Of a stretch of DNA of 22,437 nt, positions 1 through 8,602 are shown piece by piece. This DNA comes from Fibrobacterales bacterium (lineage in GTDB: Bacteria; Fibrobacterota; Fibrobacteria; Fibrobacterales; JAOPTW01): assembly GCA_051532055.1 (NCBI GenBank), contig JAOPTX010000095.1, positions 1-22,437 on the forward strand, written 5' to 3'. Position numbers and translations under genes: made by a program. Each line of letters opens with the position of its first letter. Positions within the stretch are counted from its first letter, which is position 1. The notes below the pieces were generated by a model. It worked only from the letters and a program-made list of their open reading frames with translations, did no database searches and was not told the origin of the DNA.

Positions 1-2
1 AC

Positions 3-284
3 AATGAGTCTGCCGCAAGCCACCTCGCTCTTTCACTTGAGATGGCCAAAGCAATCAATGATACAACAGCGGCACGCAAAGCATCCAACAATCTTGGAGT
101 GGTCACCTACTCAATGGGAGATATAGCAAAGGCTGAAACACTTTTTAATAATGAGTGGTCAACCGGTTCTCAAACCTCTGAAAAATATATCGGCCTGATT
201 GTGAGTCAAAGGTCATATATCAAAAAGCAAAAAAGTTCTCGCTCACCCCGTAGGAAAAAGAGACGTTCTAAAGGGCGGCGATAG
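3..284 (+). CDS. TPR-repeat-containing protein, C-terminal fragment (5' truncated by window edge), with a basic C-terminal tail
   Basis: The frame is open from nt 3 (NESAASHLALSLEMAKAIND...), so the ATG at 42 is probably internal. ASNNLGVVTYSMGDIAKAETLF fits the TPR consensus (NNLG..Y...G....A...F). It ends in KKQKSSRSPRRKKRRSKGRR. Confidence 0.7.
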   Translation, partial: NESAASHLALSLEMAKAINDTTAARKASNNLGVVTYSMGDIAKAETLFNNEWSTGSQTSEKYIGLIVSQRSYIKKQKSSRSPRRKKRRSKGRR

Positions 285-441
285 CAATCACAGGCCTCAC
301 GCCCCTCAAATGTCAACAACCCTAAATTTAATGTCACCATTGAGCCACTTAATGGCGAAATGCTCGCCAAACGGGTGCGGTATTTTCCTACCTCAAATCA
401 AAATATCTATATATAAGGAACACATATAGCTGGGGACACCA

Positions 442-1572
442 ATGCTTAAAATTATTCTAATAATGAGTACATTCATTTTAATGCATTGTACAACAGATGA
501 TACCCCGACCAATGATCAACAGTCTGAGAGTAGTACTAGCCTAAGTAGTTCAGAAGTGCAATTGGAGAGTTCTCTTGAAAGTATCGCTGAAAGCTCAAGT
601 GAATCATCAGTGGAACTCAGTTCTGAAATTCTATCATCAAGTAGTTCACTCTCATCTGAATCGAGCCAATTGAGTTCTTCAGTGAGTTCAAGTAGTGAAT
701 CATCATCGTCTTTTTCTTCATCATCTATAGCATCATCTTCGAGTGGATTATCTTCGTCTCCATCCTCATCATCTCTCGTAGAGTCATCGAGTGCAATACT
801 CTGCGACAAATATATGGAACCTGGCAAACACTGGGTAACCATTAACGTTGATGGAACAGACCGCAAAGTACTCTTCTATATTCCTTCTGGATACAACGAC
901 ACCGCAGGTGTACTTCCTATGACTTTTAGCCTTCACGGCTCAACAGGCACCCCTGATGGCAATCTATCCAATACAGGTATTGAGCCACTCGCCGACAAAC
1001 ATGGGTACATAGTCGCCCTTATGAATGGCTGGGACAACCTCTGGAACACGCCACAAGATGATTCTAAGCCCCACGACGTCCATTTCGCCTCTGCTATTAT
1101 AGACCATGCTACAGCTAACTTCTGCCTCGATACGAACCGGGTGTTCTCAACAGGCTTTTCAGGCGGCGCACGCACGTCATCACGGTTTGCCTGTGATATC
1201 CCCAATAGAATTAGAGCCATTGCTCCTGTAGCAGGCATACGATACGATGAGCCTTGTGAGGAGAGCACCATGCCTATAATCACATTTCATAGCCGTGACG
1301 ACAATGTCAATGTCTTCCCAGGAAATGGTGGCGGTGATAACCGCTGGGGCGAAAGTGTTGAAACAGCCGTTGAAGGCTGGCGTACAGAGAATGGTTGTAG
1401 TGATGTCATGACTACCGACACCTCTATTCCAGACGTAGAAATAAAGTCATGGAATGACTGTGATGGCGAGGCTGAAGTGCACTTCTATGTCGTAGAGAGC
1501 AAGGGTCATAATTGGAGCCAAATTGACAATACGACAGAAGTTATTTTAGAGTTCTTTAATACCTTTCAGTAG
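442..1572 (+). CDS. Lipoprotein alpha/beta-hydrolase (PHB depolymerase/LpqC/CE1 feruloyl-esterase-like) with N-terminal Ser-rich linker
   Basis: Lipoprotein-type signal (MLKIILIMSTFILMH-C) and a ~90 aa poly-Ser linker. The catalytic domain shows SLHG (oxyanion region), nucleophile elbow TGFSGGA (GxSxG), FHSRDD (Asp) and GHNW (His). GGGGA lies upstream of the ATG. Confidence 0.85.
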   Translation: MLKIILIMSTFILMHCTTDDTPTNDQQSESSTSLSSSEVQLESSLESIAESSSESSVELSSEILSSSSSLSSESSQLSSSVSSSSESSSSFSSSSIASSSSGLSSSPSSSSLVESSSAILCDKYMEPGKHWVTINVDGTDRKVLFYIPSGYNDTAGVLPMTFSLHGSTGTPDGNLSNTGIEPLADKHGYIVALMNGWDNLWNTPQDDSKPHDVHFASAIIDHATANFCLDTNRVFSTGFSGGARTSSRFACDIPNRIRAIAPVAGIRYDEPCEESTMPIITFHSRDDNVNVFPGNGGGDNRWGESVETAVEGWRTENGCSDVMTTDTSIPDVEIKSWNDCDGEAEVHFYVVESKGHNWSQIDNTTEVILEFFNTFQ

Positions 1573-1605
1573 GTTACTCTATTAGAACAACCTATTTCTT
1601 AATAA

Positions 1606-3573
1606 CTAAGGAGCAATTTGTAGCACAATCAACTGCGAAATTTCTCCAGTACTGAGAGTAAGAAGGCCCTCAGAATCAGTTGTACCAGACCCTAAAAAGA
1701 CCCCATTCAAGCTATAAATTTTAAAAAACTTGTTACTCTTCGAAACATAAAGAGCGGTATTTACCTCCTTCCAATAAACAGAAATCGTAGACACATCAAC
1801 AAGAGCTCCCTCTACCATTGGGACAATGTCTTCACTACTCAACGCATCAGCAGAACTCACTTCTTCAAAGCTTGACTCTTCAGAACTTGATTCTTCGGAG
1901 CTCGACATCTCACTACTTCCATACTCAATATTGATATCATCGGAAGACTCTCTTGATAGACTACTCGACAGAGATATCGATGAACTTGAATTCACTTCTG
2001 TAAGGGTGTCTTGGGAAATTGCCGAGTTCATTTCAAAGGTAACTTTTACCTTACCACCGACACCAGCCTCAAAATTAAGCGTACGTGATGCACCATCAAA
2101 AGAGAGATAATCCTCACCATCTAAGGTTACCGCAGTTATACTAAGAGAGTCATTTTGAATAGCAATAGGTGTCAATGTAATTGACCATGCAGTATCGCGA
2201 GGAGGATATTTATAATAGAGTGACACTGGTACATGCGTATAATAGAGGCCACCATACATGTACACATAAAACGCCCATTCCACCGTGTGATAGCCAGTAT
2301 TAAAAAGACCACCTTTACTCTCTTCGACAACCTCACTTCCATCTGCCGATACTTCTGCCCAATTGTCCCCATAATCAGAGTCAAGTTGGTGTTTCATATA
2401 AAAATCTAGATTACCATCAGCCATCTCGAGATACATGTCCTTGTCTTCTTCAGTATCAGCGATATAATAATTCATGATACCAGCATTATAGCCTTGTTCA
2501 AGCATCCAATACATTTTAGCAGTATGAAAGATCTCACCAGTTTGCCAGTTGGCATAAGAAAAAATACCCCCATTTGTCTTATCATAGCCACCGTTATCCC
2601 AGTGATCCCACAGAATTTTTTTAGCAGCAGTTTTAAAATGCCCCTGATCGGTGTCCATCAAATACGCACGCGCAAGAACCCACGATGTTTTAACATGATG
2701 TCCTAGGTCTGACTGAATAGTATCTTTAGGGTTCCAATATTTATCAAATCGTTCAGGAAATCCAATCGCTGCCTTGTCCATACTTCCCACAAGGTGATCA
2801 ACCAACACCTGTCCAATTTCAGTGAGACGAGTACTATGTTCACCACCATACATAGCAGCCATAAGATATGCATGGGTTGTTATGGCATCGACGTTTGAGG
2901 TAAATCCTTTCCCTGTTTTTTCAGACCAGTCCAATGACGCCTGCATATAGTACCCCCTATGATCAGGATTTGAATCCCACAATCGGTCATACAAAGAAGC
3001 AACTCCTTTAAAGAGCCATTCTTTATCAGTTCCCAATCCATCACTCCACTCACTATCTCCTCCGGTCGCCTCAACCATAACCGCTGGCCCAAGTAAGCCA
3101 TAATGTTGAATAAAACTCCAGTACTCAAGGTTGCCCCAATGCTCTGTGTCGAGATTTCCCTGAAGGTCAGTAATAAAAACCCAACCATCTTTCCAACCAT
3201 GGGTATAAAGAAATTTAAGCGCATACCGCGCATGTTCAAGGTATTCTTCTTTTCCCGTCATCATAAAGAGCCGAGTATAGAGATATGCCACCCGAGACTG
3301 AGTATTCATACATTTAATACTCTGTTTTTCATAAGGATTTGAATCATCAAATGTTGGATTCCCCGATCTATCAACATAAGAGAACCAACCACCATTATCT
3401 AAATCTTTCGCCTTTAATCGGAATTCACCAATACCTTCAGCAAACTCAATAATACGTTCAGGGTGTTCAAAATACTCTGATTTTGGTTGATATTTTGCAG
3501 ATACACTACTCAGTCCTATAAAAAGGAAAAATAGAATATTCGTTTTAAACGAAAATCTTTTAGATTTTTTCAT
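1606..3573 (-). CDS. Secreted AGE/cellobiose 2-epimerase superfamily (alpha/alpha)6-barrel protein with Ser-rich linker and C-terminal sorting-like domain
   Basis: Sec signal (MKKSKRFSFKTNILFFLFIGLSSVSA-K). AGE-like motifs: DLDNGGWFSYVDRSG, QSRVAYLYTRLFMMTGKEEYLEHARYALKFL, GHHVKTSWVL (cf. GHDIExSWLL), DKTNGGIF, KMYWMLEQ (cf. KxWWVQAE), KGGLFNTGYH (cf. KxGxWKCPYH). These are followed by a small beta domain, an SSSEE linker and a CTD-like tail. Confidence 0.8.
   Translation of the reverse strand: MKKSKRFSFKTNILFFLFIGLSSVSAKYQPKSEYFEHPERIIEFAEGIGEFRLKAKDLDNGGWFSYVDRSGNPTFDDSNPYEKQSIKCMNTQSRVAYLYTRLFMMTGKEEYLEHARYALKFLYTHGWKDGWVFITDLQGNLDTEHWGNLEYWSFIQHYGLLGPAVMVEATGGDSEWSDGLGTDKEWLFKGVASLYDRLWDSNPDHRGYYMQASLDWSEKTGKGFTSNVDAITTHAYLMAAMYGGEHSTRLTEIGQVLVDHLVGSMDKAAIGFPERFDKYWNPKDTIQSDLGHHVKTSWVLARAYLMDTDQGHFKTAAKKILWDHWDNGGYDKTNGGIFSYANWQTGEIFHTAKMYWMLEQGYNAGIMNYYIADTEEDKDMYLEMADGNLDFYMKHQLDSDYGDNWAEVSADGSEVVEESKGGLFNTGYHTVEWAFYVYMYGGLYYTHVPVSLYYKYPPRDTAWSITLTPIAIQNDSLSITAVTLDGEDYLSFDGASRTLNFEAGVGGKVKVTFEMNSAISQDTLTEVNSSSSISLSSSLSRESSDDINIEYGSSEMSSSEESSSEESSFEEVSSADALSSEDIVPMVEGALVDVSTISVYWKEVNTALYVSKSNKFFKIYSLNGVFLGSGTTDSEGLLTLSTGEISQLIVLQIAP
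1847..1906. repeat. Degenerate 15-nt tandem repeat (about 4 units) encoding SS(S/F)EE in the linker of the AGE-family gene
   Basis: Units tcagcagaactcact / tcttcaaagcttgac / tcttcagaacttgat / tcttcggagctcgac; the minus strand translates as SSSEESSSEESSFEEVSSAD. Confidence 0.6.
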
Positions 3574-3692
3574 CAGTAACCCTCGATATGATATGTAGTA
3601 TCACAGATATTCGCTTACCATTAGTAATAGCGAATTTTTATTGCTGTCTCGCGGCAATAGTAAAAAAAGGCTTAGTGTTTACAATATTGCAC

Positions 3693-3726
3693 GACATTTA
3701 TTTACACTAAAGCACAAATAAATGTC
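3693..3726. promoter_or_regulatory. Perfect 11-bp inverted repeat (operator or RNA hairpin) between the GH97 and AGE genes
   Basis: GACATTTATTT-N12-AAATAAATGTC. Function not established. Confidence 0.45.
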
Positions 3727-3817
3727 TACTACCCTCTAAAAAAACACGAACAACCAACAAAGTAAAAATACTTCCACCTGATTTTACTGTAGTCCGTTAG
3801 CCCAACGTTACCCATAC

Positions 3818-6643
3818 CTATTTATACCGAATAACAACAACACCTTGTACTGATTGAGGCAAGGTGATAGCCCCTGCAGACACAACTCCGCTCTTAATAA
3901 CACTCCCATACAACGTATAGACGCTATACTCTTTGGCAGAATTTGACACAGTGATTAACCCATTTTTATAATTTACACTATTCACTATCATACTTGAACC
4001 ACTGCCAAGTAGTGAGCCCCGACCAAACAACCCCGTAACCTCAGAAGAAATAGGCTCGTCACTACTGTCATACACTATATGTCCTGAAGAGGAACGAGTC
4101 AGACTACTTGAAATACCGACACTACTACTCGACACCTCTATCACAACAGAGCTACTCACCCTTTCAGAACTGCTCATAACCGTTGGAACAGTATCACGAG
4201 GATCAACAACTGGCCCCGTTTTATGGACAAGCTCTATTGCCGCACCACCACAAGCTTTCAAATCATAGGAGATAATACTCTCAGAGGTTATCATCGCTGT
4301 CTTTGTCGTAATATCAATACTGTGGGGTTTTGATTGATAGTCAGTATCTGCGGCATCCACATAAATAGTCATCTCATACTCAGCACCAGGCACTAAAAAG
4401 TCAACACTATAGGAGACCGAGCGTGAGTTCTCATCCGTAATAGAACCGATATACCAATTGTTCCCATTCTTTCGAGCAACGGTAACATGATCACCAATTT
4501 CACTCTCAATTACTTTTGTTTTTGTCCAGTTGAGTGGTACGTTTCTGATAAACTGAAAAGCGGGATTACCGACATAATTTCTTGGTAAGTCTGCAGCCAT
4601 CTGAAGGGGGCTATAAAACACCACATACATTGCGAGTTGTTTTGCAATAGTACTATTTGCTTGGCCATCACCAAAATTATCAAGATTAAAAACACCAGGA
4701 GTAAAATCAACGGGCCCCGATAGGATTCTGGTAAAAGGAATCACCACTGCATGATCGGGAGGGTTAATCGGTGCTCCCCACGCATTATACTCATTACCAC
4801 GTACTCCTTCGCGGGCTATAAAATTAGGCCAGGTTCTATCTATCCCCGTACCTTTAATGGGCTCATGAGCATTAATCATAATATTTCTTTTTGCGGCCTC
4901 TTCAATTACTCGTTGATAGTGTCGTACAATTAATTGCCCATGCTTATTTTCACCCTTCGGACTCGCCAGAGCTTCTTCGCCAACATACCCTGTTTTGATT
5001 GCAGGCACCCCTTTGGATTCATAAAAATCTAACGCGGCTTCAAGCTGATCATCATAGGCATATTGACCCCCGATAATATTTGCGCCTGTTTCATGGTGCC
5101 CAATAAGAAAGACCCCTTTACTCGCTGCATATTCCGTAACTGCATCGATATCAAAATCATCATAGGCTTTAGTAAAATCCATTTCGCTCCAACCCGGCGA
5201 ACTCCACCCTAGATTCCAGCCCTCTATGAGGACACCATCCATACCAAAGTCTGCGGCATAATCAATATAGGTTTTGGCATTTTCAGTTGTAGCACCGTGT
5301 TTTGAACCGGGGTCCCAGGTAAATTCACCCATATGCATTCCCCACCAGATACCAATATATTTTGTTGGTTTAATCCAGCTGGTATCTTCTATTTCATTGG
5401 GGTCATTCAAGTTTTGAATCATATGCGACTCCATGAGATCTCCAGAACGCTCAGCTAACATTATTGTCCTCCAAGGAGACTGATGCGGTGCGGTTACTTT
5501 TACTTTTGTTCCATCGGCCCAAGGGACGAGTTCAGATTTAAAACTCAGTGGTCCTCCTGTAGGCATAAAGGTCATACCCGCATAGTCAGTAAGATCAGCT
5601 TCATGAATGCTATAATAAATGCCCTCTGTTGATTTCATGGTGAGGGGCGTATTGGCTCCTGTTACCTCAGAAAGTTTTGTGTCGAAATAGATATCTTCAT
5701 AACTAAACCACTGGTCCTGTATCCACCACGTTCGAGAATCATCGGCAAAATTAAAATAGGTCTCTTCACTCATGATATCAAAAGAACCCATACTTTCGGG
5801 AAAGAGATATTTAAAAGCAACACCATCATTATATGCTCGAAAAACCAGAGAAAGTTCACGTCCCGAATCGACATCCTCTTTTAGATCTATCGTCAATTCA
5901 TTGCCATGATTATGAACCAATGAGTCATACCCCCACACCGGTTCCCAAACTTCATCAATAACGGCATTTGTGCTATTTACCAAGCCAAAACTCACCAATG
6001 GAGCACTCTCTTTTACATAAAAACCGAGTCCCGACCGATTTACAATGGGAGTATTATTATACGCAACTGAATAAAAAAGAGAACCATTAATCAACTCAAA
6101 GGTAATTTCGGCCTTGCCATCTGGCGAGTAAACTGTTTCAGAAAAGGGAGTAGCACTAATTGCACCCGCAACGTGAGCAATATCCCACAACTGAGAATCA
6201 CCGGCTCCATCACTCCACTGGTGAATATTCCCCCCATCGGCCACGGACTCAGACTCTACAGATAATATTTTTCCTGATTTTTTATTAATAATACGATATG
6301 CGCCTGCGTCCTCTTCAATACTCCATAACTGTCCGGGGACTCCACTAAAATGCCATTGCTGAACATTTGCACCATCATCATTTGACTGATTTTCAACATC
6401 GAGTACTTTACCGGTTACCCTATTCTCTATAGCATAGAATCCCGTTTCGACCTCAACCAACTTCCACTCTTGATCGAGAGCGGCATAATCGTATTGCACA
6501 ATATTCGTTCCATTAGCTGGATTGCCATCTTTTGGACTAAAAACTTTGTTGCTGTTTTTATTGGTGAGTGTTACATACCCCATTGGTATTGCTGCAAATG
6601 TTGATACAACAGAACAAACCAGTAGTACATTAAATATTTTCAT
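3818..6643 (-). CDS. Secreted CBM13 (ricin-B lectin)-GH97 glycoside hydrolase, SusB-like inverting alpha-glucosidase type, with Ser-rich linker and C-terminal sorting-like domain
   Basis: Signal peptide, then three QxW ricin repeats (QEWKL, QLWSI, QLWDI). GH97 motifs: VYSPDG, FRAYNDGVAFKY, IHEADLTDYAGM, SPWRTIM, WIKPTKYIGIWWGMH, VLIEGWNLGW, HHET, KTGYVG, NAHEPIKGTGIDRTWPN, RGNEYNAW, GPVDFTPG, SPLQMAADLP. Confidence 0.93.
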   Translation of the reverse strand: MKIFNVLLVCSVVSTFAAIPMGYVTLTNKNSNKVFSPKDGNPANGTNIVQYDYAALDQEWKLVEVETGFYAIENRVTGKVLDVENQSNDDGANVQQWHFSGVPGQLWSIEEDAGAYRIINKKSGKILSVESESVADGGNIHQWSDGAGDSQLWDIAHVAGAISATPFSETVYSPDGKAEITFELINGSLFYSVAYNNTPIVNRSGLGFYVKESAPLVSFGLVNSTNAVIDEVWEPVWGYDSLVHNHGNELTIDLKEDVDSGRELSLVFRAYNDGVAFKYLFPESMGSFDIMSEETYFNFADDSRTWWIQDQWFSYEDIYFDTKLSEVTGANTPLTMKSTEGIYYSIHEADLTDYAGMTFMPTGGPLSFKSELVPWADGTKVKVTAPHQSPWRTIMLAERSGDLMESHMIQNLNDPNEIEDTSWIKPTKYIGIWWGMHMGEFTWDPGSKHGATTENAKTYIDYAADFGMDGVLIEGWNLGWSSPGWSEMDFTKAYDDFDIDAVTEYAASKGVFLIGHHETGANIIGGQYAYDDQLEAALDFYESKGVPAIKTGYVGEEALASPKGENKHGQLIVRHYQRVIEEAAKRNIMINAHEPIKGTGIDRTWPNFIAREGVRGNEYNAWGAPINPPDHAVVIPFTRILSGPVDFTPGVFNLDNFGDGQANSTIAKQLAMYVVFYSPLQMAADLPRNYVGNPAFQFIRNVPLNWTKTKVIESEIGDHVTVARKNGNNWYIGSITDENSRSVSYSVDFLVPGAEYEMTIYVDAADTDYQSKPHSIDITTKTAMITSESIISYDLKACGGAAIELVHKTGPVVDPRDTVPTVMSSSERVSSSVVIEVSSSSVGISSSLTRSSSGHIVYDSSDEPISSEVTGLFGRGSLLGSGSSMIVNSVNYKNGLITVSNSAKEYSVYTLYGSVIKSGVVSAGAITLPQSVQGVVVIRYK

Positions 6644-6832
6644 TTTCGCCCCAACTACAATTAATAGTCAACCAATAATAGCGCAACTATTATATGGCCT
6701 TCCTATAGAACATCTCCTGTCTCATTAATCTAAACCTACATGTCAAAGACATCATGTACATCTTACATCAGCCATTGTATGTGTTGACCTTTGTTGACAA
6801 TGGGTTTTTCGACTCTATAAACATATATTAAC

Positions 6833-8284
6833 TCACTTCTGAACATTCAGAAATTCGACATCCTCAGCGCTCAAAGTATCATTAAATATTCTCAGGTCAC
6901 CAATGTACCCTCTATGATACCCCGCCCCCTTTAACTCATCGCTCGTATAGGCCCCAGCAACGGTAATAGGTACGCCTATTTCTATGGCACTCAACCCAGA
7001 AACACTTTCAGATACCGTCCCACCACCACCTGCAATCCATCCAGCCTTCGATCCATTAAGATACGCCACGAGGACACCATTGGCTCTATCGACTACGCCA
7101 ACAACCGAGATAACACTATTTTCTAGGTCTTCAGAAAGTGCATATGACAGAGCCGCTTTTTCACTATCATCATCAGAACTATTTACCCGCCAATTAAGTA
7201 TCCCATCTTCTACGAAAAAACTCCAGCCTGCATAATAACTCAATGTATTCCCTTTCATCACCAAATAGTGAATACTTGAATCGACATAGCTAAAGTTGAA
7301 GGCTACTGAGAAGTTACCCATACCCGGCTCCAGAAGGTTTGTTTCACTTCCCAAATTAAGAACGGTATCTCCTGAAAAAACAATACCCAGTTCATTGTAA
7401 TACAACGGATTCAAACTCAACACATATTCGGAACTACTGATCACCAGTTCTACACTACTTGACAATTCACTCATTGAACTACTGCTCTCAAGTATTATTG
7501 CCGAACTCATTGTACCCTCACTGCTCAACGAACTATTTTGAGAAGATGAAACTGACTGATCTTCGCTCGACAAAAGTACTTCCGTAGAGCTTATGGTACT
7601 TTGATGAGAAGAACTCTGATCACTACTCATATCTGATCCACTCGATACTACGGTATATACACCAAGAGAATCAATCACTAACTGGTCTCCCGGAAGGGCA
7701 GTGAATTGTGCATAATCATATGACAAGAGAGTCGTTGCACTCGTAATCAACCGCAAGGTATGCTCTCCCGCTGGCAAGTATCCAGAATAATTCCCCAGGG
7801 AATCAGCAGGGAGTAATCGATCAAGCCCATATATTTGCACCCAGTAGGTCGTACCAACAGGGGCGCTCGTATACCGCTTTAAGACCCCCTCAACCATAAC
7901 CGGCTGTGCGAGATACTCATTTACCGCTATAAAAGTAGTATCATCAGGAACACTCAACTCACTCATTCTTTGCATGGTATCGGTACCCACAATCTCAAGT
8001 ATATACTCACCAGGCTCAATAGAATCTATAGTAAAATATCCTACTTGATTGGTTTCAGTTGTATAATTGACAAAACGAGTATCACCACCCATTGGCGCTA
8101 AATAGCCTTTTGGTCTGAGGGAAACTTTAGCCGCCACGGCAACCGAGGAATCACTGGTACGCATAACCCCGGCCACTCCATTGGTTGTCTCAATAAAGGT
8201 ACCCGCAGTATCGCCATCAGTTGATACGCTACACCCAAAACTTATAAGTACAATGACCAGTGCAACAATTTGAACTAATCCCAT
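6833..8284 (-). CDS. Lipoprotein with carboxypeptidase-regulatory-like (prealbumin-fold) domains, Ser-rich linker and C-terminal LamG/concanavalin-A-like domain
   Basis: Lipobox ISFG-C. N-terminal VSLRP...TTETNQVGYFTIDSIEPGEYILEI. Poly-Ser linker. C-terminal FSVAFNF...GWSFFVEDG...VVGVVDR...AYLNG...YHRGYIGDLRIFNDTLSAEDV is typical of LamG_3. Confidence 0.78.
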   Translation of the reverse strand: MGLVQIVALVIVLISFGCSVSTDGDTAGTFIETTNGVAGVMRTSDSSVAVAAKVSLRPKGYLAPMGGDTRFVNYTTETNQVGYFTIDSIEPGEYILEIVGTDTMQRMSELSVPDDTTFIAVNEYLAQPVMVEGVLKRYTSAPVGTTYWVQIYGLDRLLPADSLGNYSGYLPAGEHTLRLITSATTLLSYDYAQFTALPGDQLVIDSLGVYTVVSSGSDMSSDQSSSHQSTISSTEVLLSSEDQSVSSSQNSSLSSEGTMSSAIILESSSSMSELSSSVELVISSSEYVLSLNPLYYNELGIVFSGDTVLNLGSETNLLEPGMGNFSVAFNFSYVDSSIHYLVMKGNTLSYYAGWSFFVEDGILNWRVNSSDDDSEKAALSYALSEDLENSVISVVGVVDRANGVLVAYLNGSKAGWIAGGGGTVSESVSGLSAIEIGVPITVAGAYTSDELKGAGYHRGYIGDLRIFNDTLSAEDVEFLNVQK

Positions 8285-8300
8285 ATCACCTTTTCCTTCC

Positions 8301-8308
8301 CAAATATA
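8301..8308 (-). promoter_or_regulatory. Candidate Bacteroidota/FCB-type -7 promoter element (TAnnTTTG)
   Basis: The minus strand reads TATATTTG 16 nt upstream of the ATG at 8284, followed by the purine-rich GGAAGGAAAAGG. Confidence 0.35.
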
Positions 8309-8537
8309 ATCTACGAGAGTTACCCATCACTTATAAACGCGAACACACTCGTGGCATTCACTCTCTTAATTATACCCTATCAATAGGTAATACGCACAGT
8401 AAAGGATCGAATTTTACCTTAATGAGCGATTCCATAGAGCACCTCAGGCGCAATGAGTCTATTATTTTGACCGTTAACGCCCCTCTTTTGGGGTAAGGAT
8501 ACCCCCGAACAAAACACAAGCAATTAATTCTTTTTTT

Positions 8538-8546
8538 TGGTATTAT
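8538..8546 (+). promoter_or_regulatory. Candidate extended -10 promoter (TGnTATTAT) for the solute-binding protein gene
   Basis: TGGTATTAT about 57 nt upstream of the GTG at 8603, preceded by a T-tract. Confidence 0.3.
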
Positions 8547-8602
8547 GGAGAATAATTACAATAACTTTTAGTTTTTCAGCCATCGGGGGATGATCTTTCA
8601 TT

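Noticed and set aside
516..866. Acidic Asp/Glu/Leu-rich antisense ORF (116 aa), and similarly 1826..2110
   Set aside because: Shadows of the poly-Ser linkers: the reverse complement of TCA/TCT/AGT-rich sequence gives D/E/L runs. They lie inside well-supported genes on the opposite strand.
1568..1596. Hairpin TAGGTT...AACCTA between the convergent esterase and AGE genes as a terminator
   Set aside because: Weak AT-rich stem without a clear U-tract; not enough support to call.
8260..8496. 78-aa plus-strand ORF in the divergent promoter region, and 6522..6728
   Set aside because: They overlap starts of minus-strand genes and have no SD or recognisable features.
8479..8507. Overlapping hairpins CCCC-TCTTTT-GGGG and GGGGT-AAGGAT-ACCCC as a riboswitch or switch
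   Set aside because: The stems are only 4-5 bp and match no riboswitch consensus I know.
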